Positions 9,801 to 18,800 of a DNA stretch of 64,000 bases are shown piece by piece. Both the position numbers and the translations under genes were made by a program. Under the pieces are notes generated by a model that was not told where the DNA came from, searched no databases, and saw only the letters and a program-made list of their open reading frames with translations. This DNA comes from a virus. Position 1 is the first letter of the stretch; each line of letters starts with the position of its first letter. The DNA is taken from positions 60,637 to 124,636 of IMG/VR virus record IMGVR_UViG_3300027498_000003. One strand, 5' to 3'.

Positions 9801-12528
9801 AAGGGAATTCTATACCTGTGAATGTGGGATACATTATTCTTACATACAAATCCTCATATGGATTAGAGTCTCTCCAATATGTCCCGTGCGGTACTCCCAC
9901 TGATTTCGGGACAGCGAATGGTTCCTGACACGCATTTGGAAATTGGAAAGAGGCCACTCTGGAATCCGCCAATCCACAATAAATGAAATTGCCTTGACAA
10001 TCTACGTCGCATGGGTATTTTATGTTTTGTTCTAACTTAGGAGATGGTCTTCCTGAAGAAACTATTACTATATTAGTTTCAGTTTCCTTAACTCCGCAGC
10101 AATCTGTGAAATTATCTCCGAATATGCTGCTTGTTTCTGTAGGGTCGGTGCCTCCTGTTGTGTATGACACTGATTTAGATATCGTATATGTCTGAGATTT
10201 TCTTCTTATTCTCTCCCTCTGCTGTATAGCTTGAGACATTAATGCTTTTGCAGCATCGTTAAATGTCCCCGAAGGGAATGTGTAATCTAATTCGTCTACA
10301 CCTAAATCATTGAGTACGGATACATAATCGACCGCGCCCTGCTCGTAGTCTGCCATATCCTGATTACACCTGTTTAGATCCTCTCCTGGAGGTAATAGGC
10401 TGCCTGAAGGGCAACATTTCCCTACCTCAGCTATTCCTGTTATATCAGCGCAGGGGTGACCTTCAGCCAATATATCTGAAAACCCATACCCTCCATCATC
10501 TGAGGTATTACTAGTGTCGTCTCCTCCTAAAGATACCACACAATCACTACCTGGGATAAGTATAGTTCCTTCTGATCCTTCCGTACAATTGCACCCTTCA
10601 GCTCTTCTTTCAGCTTCTATTAACTCTAGTTCTTTACATTTGTCAACTGCTTTAGATGTTATCTTATTTAACATCGCTTCTAACTTATCATCCCACTCAT
10701 CATTCTCTGGGTTACTCACATCTTCAGGTTCGTGAGCTCTAAATCGAATTACACACTGGGGTGTCCCTATAGTTGCTGTGGGGGTTCCTGATATGCCTGT
10801 ATTTCCCGATCCTGTAGTTCCTGAGCTCCCTGTACCTCCATTTGATGGGCCGCTGCCTGATCCTGGCTGGACGTGCAGTACGTAGATGTGTTTAGCATCT
10901 ACTGGAGCCGAAGTGGCCCCTCCCTGAGAGTTACCTGAAACTATTATCTGATTAGGCGTAAGAGATACTACATTATATGCATCGAATGTATGTTCCTCAC
11001 CTCCGTGGCCTGTCAAATATATTTTGGTTAATACATTGCCTTTTTTTACACAATCGTCAATGCATGATAACAAATCTGTGCCAGCTGCATTATTTGTTAG
11101 ATCGATCGATAGCCTATCTGGAGATCCAGAATTAATCACTACATCATAAGTTATATCTAATGCAGGGTCAGTGTCTACATATTCGCATACCTTCTCTATG
11201 CCTGTAGATGCTGAAGATCCTCCTGAGCCTGTACTGTTTCCAGAAGACCCCCCTCCCGTCGCGTCGGGATTAAAAGTCTCATCTGGCTCTCCTGTTTGCC
11301 CTGTATCTGGAGCTCCGCATCCTCCTGAAAAAGGAGATAAAGGAAATGCTGGACTACTGGTCCCATCACAGTAATTCCATTTGATTGCAAAATGGTAGGC
11401 TTCCCCTCTCATTAATCCCGAATAATCATGCTTGCAGGCATAATTAAAAGACATTTCTGCTACTTTATACCCTACACTTATATCCAGTGCTCGGCCTTGA
11501 TAATTGAGGTTTCTCTGGGCTTTCTGTCCAAAGTAAAGCATAGTGTTTTTGTACTGCAGCTGGTATCGCCCTTCTATGTGTAGGCTTGTTTCAGGTAGCA
11601 GCACTTCTTCTAAAGGTATAGGGGTTCCCGGCTGGCCTATGTAGTTGTAGGTATATTTAAGAGAATCGTAGCCTACGTCTAATACTTGGGCTACTGGATT
11701 TTGGTTACCTATAACTTGGACTACGACTAATTCTCCTCTTCCAAATTGATAACATTCGAGGCATGATAGATTTACTGCTATATGCCCGTTCGTTACTTCT
11801 CCTCCTATATTGTGTTCTGAGCCTACGTAAGCTGGTTGGGATAGGTCTGATATATTTGTAGTTCCTCCTGATTCATATTTGTATCTCCATCCGAAATAAT
11901 AAGTACCTGCTAGTAGTCCCGCGCCTCCCGACTCGTATGTTCTGGTTGTTATCTTTGGATGGCATGACTTTTTGAATACTTTGAAATATTCACATCCTGA
12001 AGACCCATCACAACTTTCACAAGCTAAAGCCTTCTTCCTGCCTGCTTTTCTTGTAGGGTCAAGCATCTCTGTAATATTGACTATATAGTAAGTGCATCCG
12101 CAGCTCCACTGCATGTATACGTCTGAACAATTACCAGAGGTGTAGAACTCCATAGAGTTTCCTACCCATTCACATTGAGTACATCCCCAATCACATCCAA
12201 ATTCAGCAGGATTCATTACTTCCTCAGATTCGCAACTTCTATGATCGTGTTTTAGTATTGTCCCATCCTGCTTCATCCCGATGGACCAGTTCTTCTCTCC
12301 TACTAACTTAAACCCTATAGTATCTCCTCCGAATACATTACATGCAGAGTAGGATATCTTATTAGTTAGGCCCGGCTCTCGGGCGTCTCTGCTATGTTTC
12401 TCAGCATTTAGGGCATGGATGTAAGAATCAGGTGGAGCTAACTCAGGCCTGTCCATATAGTCCAAGGCGAGGCCTCCTCTGAAACTATTCTTAATTATCT
12501 CGTTTCCGCTGTCTACTTTTTCTGACAT
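6850..12528 (-). CDS. Tail muzzle / stabilization protein (crAss-like, P22 gp10-like), 1892 aa
   Basis: N-terminal NSFRGGLALD...DSYIHALNA motif typical of phage stabilization proteins; C-terminal GSWTLSFDFVGQKWISFH...P; synteny ring-IHF-ring-muzzle-cargo. Confidence 0.8.
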   Translation of the reverse strand: MSEKVDSGNEIIKNSFRGGLALDYMDRPELAPPDSYIHALNAEKHSRDAREPGLTNKISYSACNVFGGDTIGFKLVGEKNWSIGMKQDGTILKHDHRSCESEEVMNPAEFGCDWGCTQCEWVGNSMEFYTSGNCSDVYMQWSCGCTYYIVNITEMLDPTRKAGRKKALACESCDGSSGCEYFKVFKKSCHPKITTRTYESGGAGLLAGTYYFGWRYKYESGGTTNISDLSQPAYVGSEHNIGGEVTNGHIAVNLSCLECYQFGRGELVVVQVIGNQNPVAQVLDVGYDSLKYTYNYIGQPGTPIPLEEVLLPETSLHIEGRYQLQYKNTMLYFGQKAQRNLNYQGRALDISVGYKVAEMSFNYACKHDYSGLMRGEAYHFAIKWNYCDGTSSPAFPLSPFSGGCGAPDTGQTGEPDETFNPDATGGGSSGNSTGSGGSSASTGIEKVCEYVDTDPALDITYDVVINSGSPDRLSIDLTNNAAGTDLLSCIDDCVKKGNVLTKIYLTGHGGEEHTFDAYNVVSLTPNQIIVSGNSQGGATSAPVDAKHIYVLHVQPGSGSGPSNGGTGSSGTTGSGNTGISGTPTATIGTPQCVIRFRAHEPEDVSNPENDEWDDKLEAMLNKITSKAVDKCKELELIEAERRAEGCNCTEGSEGTILIPGSDCVVSLGGDDTSNTSDDGGYGFSDILAEGHPCADITGIAEVGKCCPSGSLLPPGEDLNRCNQDMADYEQGAVDYVSVLNDLGVDELDYTFPSGTFNDAAKALMSQAIQQRERIRRKSQTYTISKSVSYTTGGTDPTETSSIFGDNFTDCCGVKETETNIVIVSSGRPSPKLEQNIKYPCDVDCQGNFIYCGLADSRVASFQFPNACQEPFAVPKSVGVPHGTYWRDSNPYEDLYVRIMYPTFTGIEFPSAEETPKPLCPNNPYTILMAEVTDTNRHIVSKGIAFPTFVIDNNGEQIEHPAHGASSRMEVSAYHEGGGNYPRLANLGRGTSHNMFSPDLCIREPALRVQSVMEEGRWRGTGERFGVVAMGDVTDNDIHGERVDKLGARQAVNLSQWESGACSAIPLDFAMHVPARGSNHGGKIAPPSGGNVPLMQAYQQKSTWIKSGLPQLSDDSLPGVMLEHNVPIPDAVGLYVSLRNDAPDQYGALETLTYIPILQAGKFNGGSIEGIVGDTFIGPYSFVKTSHVSDRYGYCDEARKFNIPNEVPIKKEKRCICDTPNDAIQGYVGDHVWTSLPESGDLADAKNWLGLRTHSFNTTDTYAEAGSGPAVSDFFYPRTATTEIIYPVESRINIWKREKSDLLHEQWMPELHRNFHYDPGVEVDGNAGKWEDSYLSQFGCELRQPSQWKKMMKIAIRSYIAIQQPMQGLAGGSNIPSTFSDTFAFASGGLLATAWHLMNQVLFTPERIDEILGIPVCKTDEVGHQGDGCIRGFFNNPCRYNWNYSLQNNIKKYYPASEEYNNSLCVCDQCEAGQTNNVVSWSETRQPNGDQNAYRQIRPRNNVVIDPSEGKLTNLFISGDVLWYQTTDVTKPLRHGRAIIPSNIGEILLGTGDFLSHTTSGSGPAEGYAGLQHRNHFENTHAGPIWVDQEAAKIYWMKGNSIIPISDIDGRNWFKEHLPFCEETECKNEFKAGTSYYSLGMDPRNETFLITKSDGNPKGSWTLSFDFVGQKWISFHTEIPRKYNWDRYDSYQLQSSSYWKKHKDCEWGDYGEVQGEFEVSFSAVSPDLKEYTYHYSDVFLLVEECEGCTLKKDIDEFFTTIALYNSTQSTGIMNTVIRSDDASRPLDISDTIKIKESSKNINIYKNQREWEFNEIHDIVSNCDCVAMVTCDVCEPYHRINEAILNCAELTKQDYWNRIFKDRFIVYRYTYDNKSQKQFVLISNTTYIKRHLND

Positions 12529-12661
12529 TATATTCCTCTTTCTCTATCCTATTAGCTTTTACTATTTTCAAGGCCTCCTCTTGTGTTACCCCGTTTTTGA
12601 GCTCAATTAGGAATGTACCTGCCTGTGTCTTCCACGGGGTGATCCAGTGCTTCTTCTCCAT
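12491..12661 (-). CDS. Possible 56-aa overlapping small ORF (MEKKHWITPW...)
   Basis: Read by hand. It spans the gap between the ring and muzzle genes and overlaps both; below the track's size cut-off. Confidence 0.25.
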   Translation of the reverse strand: MEKKHWITPWKTQAGTFLIELKNGVTQEEALKIVKANRIEKEEYNVRKSRQRKRDN

Positions 12662-13677
12662 GGGCTTTTTCCGTAGGTGTTATAATAGTCTTGATAATTA
12701 CTATTCATTTGGGGAGGTACTTTTCCTTGGTATATATCTTCAATACTTTTTGATAGTCTATTGGATTTTGTATCCATTAGTATTCCAAACAGTTTATCTA
12801 CCTGAGAAACCGCTATTGCTGATCCGTATCGAGATTCGTATTCTTCTGACATCTGCATAGCCTCTATATAAAGAGCTCTATCTGAAGCTTCTCTGGATTT
12901 TTGGTACTGTCTGTAGAAGTATTTATACTTCATATGTTCCACAACTGCGCGGATTCCATCCTTATTGGATATCTCTAAAACTCTGTTTCCATCTTCATCT
13001 ATGCATACTCCCAGATAAGATATCAACAACCACCCTTCCTTTATGGTAGGGGTGTTTATATAGTTCTTAGTGATGTAGTAAGAGTCTTCGCAAGTTTGAG
13101 TGCACGTTATATTTGCACAGTCTGGAAGGTGCTGTATCTCATTCCACGGAGAGTCTGAGGGTTTTAGTAGGGTAAATTTGGGGTGGTGCACTGATCTACC
13201 GTGGCCGAATGTATGCTTTCCTTGGTAATGGAGCATATCTCTATAATAATATTCTGGACGGGCATCTAACCAGGCCTGGTCTATATCGATTGAATATCCA
13301 AGGCTATTACAGTCACAGTCTGATTTATGGCAATTTGGGCAAAGTAAATTGATCTGAAGCTCGCAGCCCTCCATGTTTATCTGCTCTTTCCATTCTACAA
13401 CTTGCTCTCCTATAATTCTTAGCTCTTTATTACAATCGTTATCTCTCTTCTCTTTCCCCGCTATTTCACATATAATCTTAGCATTGGGAGGCCTACTGGC
13501 TTTGTAGCCTTTTATAGGTATAAGATCCACATTAGGTTCATAGGTCTCAAACATATCCATATCAGACATCTTATCCTCTGCCCATTTGATAAATATGGGC
13601 ATATCTGTATCTGCCGGGTTTATCCCAGTGTCTTCTACAAAATCAGATGATATGGCTTTAGCTGTTACAAATTCCAT
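12607..13677 (-). CDS. Tail tubular / ring (head-tail connector) protein, 356 aa
   Basis: Immediately upstream of the muzzle gene. GWLLISYLGVCIDEDG...I resembles the C-terminal motif of crAss-like tail tubular proteins. Confidence 0.65.
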   Translation of the reverse strand: MEFVTAKAISSDFVEDTGINPADTDMPIFIKWAEDKMSDMDMFETYEPNVDLIPIKGYKASRPPNAKIICEIAGKEKRDNDCNKELRIIGEQVVEWKEQINMEGCELQINLLCPNCHKSDCDCNSLGYSIDIDQAWLDARPEYYYRDMLHYQGKHTFGHGRSVHHPKFTLLKPSDSPWNEIQHLPDCANITCTQTCEDSYYITKNYINTPTIKEGWLLISYLGVCIDEDGNRVLEISNKDGIRAVVEHMKYKYFYRQYQKSREASDRALYIEAMQMSEEYESRYGSAIAVSQVDKLFGILMDTKSNRLSKSIEDIYQGKVPPQMNSNYQDYYNTYGKSPWRRSTGSPRGRHRQVHS

Positions 13678-14132
13678 TATAATTCTATGAATTCTCGTAA
13701 GGGATAAGGATATGGCTCCATCATTGTCATATTCCCTTCTCTCATTTTCCAGAGGAATGTTCTCTTATGCCTAGTAGTACGGTCACTTGTCTGGAATGTC
13801 ATTATCTTTCTATTCAATAAAGTTGAATCTTTTGTGTGGGCCCATTTTAGTTGGAAATACTTACCGTCAGGTGGTACGAGGCCTCCTCTGAATTTCCATG
13901 GGGCTATGAATAAATCCCCGCCACTATTAGGGAGGGTTAGATGGAACTTATGGGTGAACATAAGCTCAAACATGGCCTTAAACATTAACCTTATGAACTT
14001 AGTGTAAGTCTTCTTACTTACCTTTCCTCCTGTGTTATCTTGGTAACTATTGTAAAAATCATTAACAATAACTCTCATACGGGTATGACTTCTTTGATTT
14101 CTTTTTATTAATATTCTTTCCTCCTGTATCAT
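13677..14132 (-). CDS. IHF/HU-like DNA-binding protein (crAss-like tail-module IHF homologue)
   Basis: 151 aa, basic, helix followed by FHLTLPNSGGDLFI. Lies between two ring genes, as in crAss-like phages. Confidence 0.55.
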   Translation of the reverse strand: MIQEERILIKRNQRSHTRMRVIVNDFYNSYQDNTGGKVSKKTYTKFIRLMFKAMFELMFTHKFHLTLPNSGGDLFIAPWKFRGGLVPPDGKYFQLKWAHTKDSTLLNRKIMTFQTSDRTTRHKRTFLWKMREGNMTMMEPYPYPLREFIEL

Positions 14133-14860
14133 TAAACGGTTGTGTTTATCCCCGACCTGTCTTCTCGGTCGTTATTAACTAAATCAGGTTGCCCCAGCTG
14201 TAATTTCTTGGCGAAGAAGTCTGTAACTAAAGCACATACTATATCTGTTATTCTTCCATCCATATATAAGGGAGCATCGAATGGGCTGCACATTATCTCT
14301 TTTTGCTTCTTAGTCATGGTTTCGCAGCCTTCGAAAGTTATTGCATCTACTGGGTCTTCGAATACCCCGGTTATGGCTATATTCTTAAGTTTCTTAGTAT
14401 TATACAAGTACAGGTAAGACCCATTACCTGAATCTAAGAATGTGTAGTACTTATCTCCTTTTTTGAAAGACCTACCGCTAATCTTAAGATCGAACTGGGT
14501 CCAATCGACAAACTGTGCTGTGAAATTGGCTGAAGAGTTTGAGACAGTATTAAGGAATATTGCCTTTGGTATTGGGTCTTTGCTTCTAAGCCATATACAC
14601 CCTGACGGCGGCGCACATGGGCATATTTCCTTATCTGCTTTTTCAAGTGGAATACACGGTATTGTCTGAATACACTGCTCTGATATCCCTTGTCGGGCCT
14701 CTTTGGATCTTCTATATACGCTACTTCTTGAGGTGAGTAGCTTAGCTACAATCTGAGAAATGGGGAAACGAGATCCCCTATGAGGAGATCCATCCGCATC
14801 GAACGACATCTGAATATCGTTTGCCAAGCTCCTGTATGTAGGTATGCTGGTATCAGACAT
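14132..14860 (-). CDS. Tail ring protein (crAss-like), 242 aa
   Basis: CIQTIPCIPLEKAD..CPCAP..GC.WLRS..PIP and YLYL...ITGVFEDP motifs are characteristic of crAss-like ring proteins; synteny. Confidence 0.7.
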   Translation of the reverse strand: MSDTSIPTYRSLANDIQMSFDADGSPHRGSRFPISQIVAKLLTSRSSVYRRSKEARQGISEQCIQTIPCIPLEKADKEICPCAPPSGCIWLRSKDPIPKAIFLNTVSNSSANFTAQFVDWTQFDLKISGRSFKKGDKYYTFLDSGNGSYLYLYNTKKLKNIAITGVFEDPVDAITFEGCETMTKKQKEIMCSPFDAPLYMDGRITDIVCALVTDFFAKKLQLGQPDLVNNDREDRSGINTTV

Positions 14861-14916
14861 CTAATAAAATTATGTCTATTATTTTGCTTTTAATTATATA
14901 ATATTTATTATATAAT

Positions 14917-15807
14917 CTATGAGCTGCCGGCGATGATGGTATCTAATTTATTGTATAATGTTCTTAATGAGCTCAATTCTGACTGAATAGCCGTCATATC
15001 AGCCTGTAGGCTCTGCAATGCGGTGTTTATGTCACATATCGATACTCCGTCGCAAGTTGTATCGATTCCATCTAAAGTGTCAGTTAAATCGGCTAATTTG
15101 GCGTTTTGATCTGCTATGATGGAATCTATGCCTTGGATTCCATTGCTTTCCACGCTTTCCTGCGTTCTGAGGCGGTATTTGATATCATCCACACATTCCT
15201 GTAGGAAATCCATTCTATCATCTGAGGATGAAAATCCCCCGGTTTGGATGGTTTGCCCTGAGATGAACTCCTCTTTATCCGAGGTCGCGTCTCTGATGAT
15301 CTTTTCGAAATCTATCTTTACCTCCTGGCCATCTTTTACACATGTTCCCTGCACTCTCAAAGTTACAGGCAGATCTGATGGTTTTACGGTGAATACTCCT
15401 GTTTCGGTGGATTGATTCCCTAAAGTAGTACTCCCATTGCTTATAGAGACGTTAGAGAAACACTTATCGCAGCCTATGCTCGCTATTGCTGGGGCCACGT
15501 TGTAATGGACCTCTACGGAACTGTCTGAGGCTTTAGTACCGTATGTAATAGGTGAATCTATCTGAATCTGCCTAGTTACGGGTGCTGAGCTTGATTGAGT
15601 CGTAGATGTAATAGAATCTCCGGAAGACACTTCTGCGCATGGATCCGCCGTAGCACAGGGATCCTCTTTCCAAGCCTTAAGTTCATCAATACTTGTTTGA
15701 TGCTCATCTAATATAGCTTGAACAGAATCCCCGTTCTTGTCTACCAAACACTTTATGTTCTTTGGCATACAATCCCCTACTAATTTTCTACTATCTTTTG
15801 TTGGCAT
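14917..15807 (-). CDS. Putative fibre protein with coiled-coil ends, 296 aa
   Basis: Heptad-like C-terminus (LQSLQADMTAIQSELSSLRTL), beta-rich middle, tail-module location. Confidence 0.45.
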   Translation of the reverse strand: MPTKDSRKLVGDCMPKNIKCLVDKNGDSVQAILDEHQTSIDELKAWKEDPCATADPCAEVSSGDSITSTTQSSSAPVTRQIQIDSPITYGTKASDSSVEVHYNVAPAIASIGCDKCFSNVSISNGSTTLGNQSTETGVFTVKPSDLPVTLRVQGTCVKDGQEVKIDFEKIIRDATSDKEEFISGQTIQTGGFSSSDDRMDFLQECVDDIKYRLRTQESVESNGIQGIDSIIADQNAKLADLTDTLDGIDTTCDGVSICDINTALQSLQADMTAIQSELSSLRTLYNKLDTIIAGSS

Positions 15808-15817
15808 AGTTTACATA

Positions 15818-18800
15818 TTAAGAACACGAAGCTGATAAGCTCCAGAATGTGTTTGTATTACATTCTTGGCACCCCGTACACCCTCCACTTATTGATATAC
15901 TCACAGTGTCTCCCGCATTTACGGATAAGGTAGTAGTAAAGACGCCTGCAGGAGGATAATCAAATTCCAAAATTCCGCAATTCGCTGTGCACAGCGTTCC
16001 TATGCCGTCTGAACTTATACATCCACTGGTAATTGGCGTACCACCATTGACGCTTATCGTTATACTGTCAGGCGTACCTGTTGTGTCGAATGATAACGAT
16101 AAAGTGCCATTACCGCTCGCTGTGAATGTCTGGCTAATGCTTCCAGATGATCCACTAAATGCTGTACTTATGTCTTGGCAAGTGTCATTTAGGCTTCCGA
16201 TACTTCCTACGCATGTGCACTCTGCGTTTAAAGATTGCCCACTCGGGCACGTTGCTGTTCTTAGTATTTTCGCACCTCCCTCGTCTTCGCAACAGCAAGG
16301 TGCATTAGATGAGGTACTGTCGCATACTGGACTATTACCACATGGATCATCAACTACACAAGTAGTTCCATTACACGTAGACCCTGCGGCGCATCCTGTA
16401 CCTACTACAGTCCAGCATGGGTTACCGCTATCATCTACACACTCTGAATTTGAATCAGTAGAAAATGTGGTTGATCCGCATGCCACGCCTGACGGGCTTG
16501 GCGCATTGGACGGGCCACAAGCTCCTGAACAATTCTGGCTACATGGATTAGGGCTACAAGTCGAGTTATCCCCTTGATAAACTCCTGCGGTCCCATTTAT
16601 GGTCTGCAAACAGTCTGCCTGTGTGACCCCTTCTGTACAGCTCTCTCCTCTACAACAAGCTCCTGTAGGATCTCCTCCTGTATCACAATCTCTGACAACT
16701 ACATTACTAACTTTAAATTTGCAATCACTGTTATTCGGATCTATAAATGTTACTGAATATATATTAGCACTTGGATTAGTAGTAATACTCTGAGTAGTAA
16801 ATGTATTTCCATTATATTCCCAAAGGTAATTATATCCGGACGTAGCCGTTAATGTGGCTGTCTCGTTATTGTTGGTGCAAATAGGGGTTGGGCTTTGGGT
16901 CACTCCTACTCCCATAAAATCAGGACAATCTGAGTTGCAGAATTCTGAGACAGTAACAAATAGTTTTTTTCCGCAGCCTTGTATATTGTCATTGGTAATT
17001 GTCACTATGTAGTTGCCATCCGAAGTAGCTGTTATGCTTTGCTGATTCGTAGCGCCGCTTATAGTGCCTCCACTCGATGTTGACCAGCTGTAGCTGGTAA
17101 CAACACCTGAATGTGCTACACTTAATATTATACTCCCATTACCATCAAAACATGCTTGATCTGGTCCTGATATCTTCGCATCATCCAAGTTACAATCTGT
17201 GCTGGCGCATTCTGGGCATGAGCCCTCTTTACAATCAGTAGCTGTACTTTCTTGGCAGTCTGCTAAACTATTAAACTGTTGAGAGCATTCCGGCCCATTC
17301 TGCCCTTGTATACACCCAAATGAAGGAGCAGACGAGCAGTAATCATTAGTGTCAGTTACCGTGACTGTTACTGAGCAATTCGCGGCCAAACCATTCACAC
17401 TTACTGGAATAGTAAAGGATTGACCTACATCTGCACAATTAAAAGTTTGTGGAGGTATACTTAACGAAGTACATACCCCCGTAGCTTTGGCAATTAGATT
17501 TTGAGTTCTAAATGCGACGTTTTTATCAGAAGTTATATTTGCTGTATAACTTAATTCTAATTCATTTGAGCAGTTATTAGGGTCACATTCTGCTTGAGTA
17601 TCTTTTATCTCGCAATAGCACCCAGATTGGGTATAGGTCTCGTTTACTCCGTAGAAAGTATTACATGCTGAGCAATCTGTCCCTAATACACTACCAGTGG
17701 GGTTCTGTGCGCATGTAACGTAATCATTACAACTTGTTCCATCAGAATTTGGCTGAGTACATCCTGTGCAGTTTAAAGGTTCAGGCAGTATAGTTACTTC
17801 GTCTGTAGTTGTACAGAACTCACCATTATCTACAATTATTGTGTAATTCCCTGCAGGAAGATTTGAAGCCGAAGATGTACCAACAACAGAATTAGAGCTA
17901 TCTAATATTTGGAAATTTACTCCCCAAGTTGCTGTAACATTTATAGAACTGTTAGGTAAATTAGAAGATGTCACGTTTATAGATGTATCCGTAAGCTCGC
18001 ATGTGTTATTGCCCGTTTCGCATCCTGTAGATTTAGTACCTACTATTTGTGCTGTTGTTTGGTTACCATTAGCGTCGCAGCAAGTTACGTTCTGAGTTCC
18101 ACAATAATTATTTGTATTTATACTACTGCACAGGATGAAATTACAAGGATCTGGTATATCTTCGCAGCAATTTCCGCAACCATTAGGTGCTTGTACTTCT
18201 GATCCATTACAGGTAACATTGCCGCAATCCGGGCCTATTGGGTCGCATCCCAAATCTACAATTACTACATCTTGATCATTCTGACATACCCTCTTTCTGC
18301 ATCTTAAACAGTTTTCAGTAGTAGTCTCCAGCACTGCAGGGCCGCAAGTGTCTGGAATATCAGTAACGATACATTCGCAATTCACATAAAAACCAGCGTC
18401 GCCGCTTGTAACAGTACATGGGTCTCCGTTATCAATACCATTAGGACAGTCTGTAGTAGGGATAATTGGGTCATCTGCTATATCGCAATTCCCTGTAGCT
18501 ATTCCTGAAAATTCACACCCATTAGCATCTGTAACCTTCCATGGTATAGATGTAGTCGCAGCAGGTAGTGATACATTAAATTTACGTGTCCTGCTATTGC
18601 GCACAAAAGGGAAAGCTTGGTTACTTTGAGGATCAAATACCGCGTAAGTTATAGGTAGAGTACCGCCAGATACACTTACTTCATACGACCTAATCGAATA
18701 CACACTACCTGCTATGCCTTTTGTACAATCTGAAGCCGGCTCTGTGAACGCAAAAGTAGCCGATATGTCGCAGCAAGATGCAGTTGATGGTAAACCGAAG

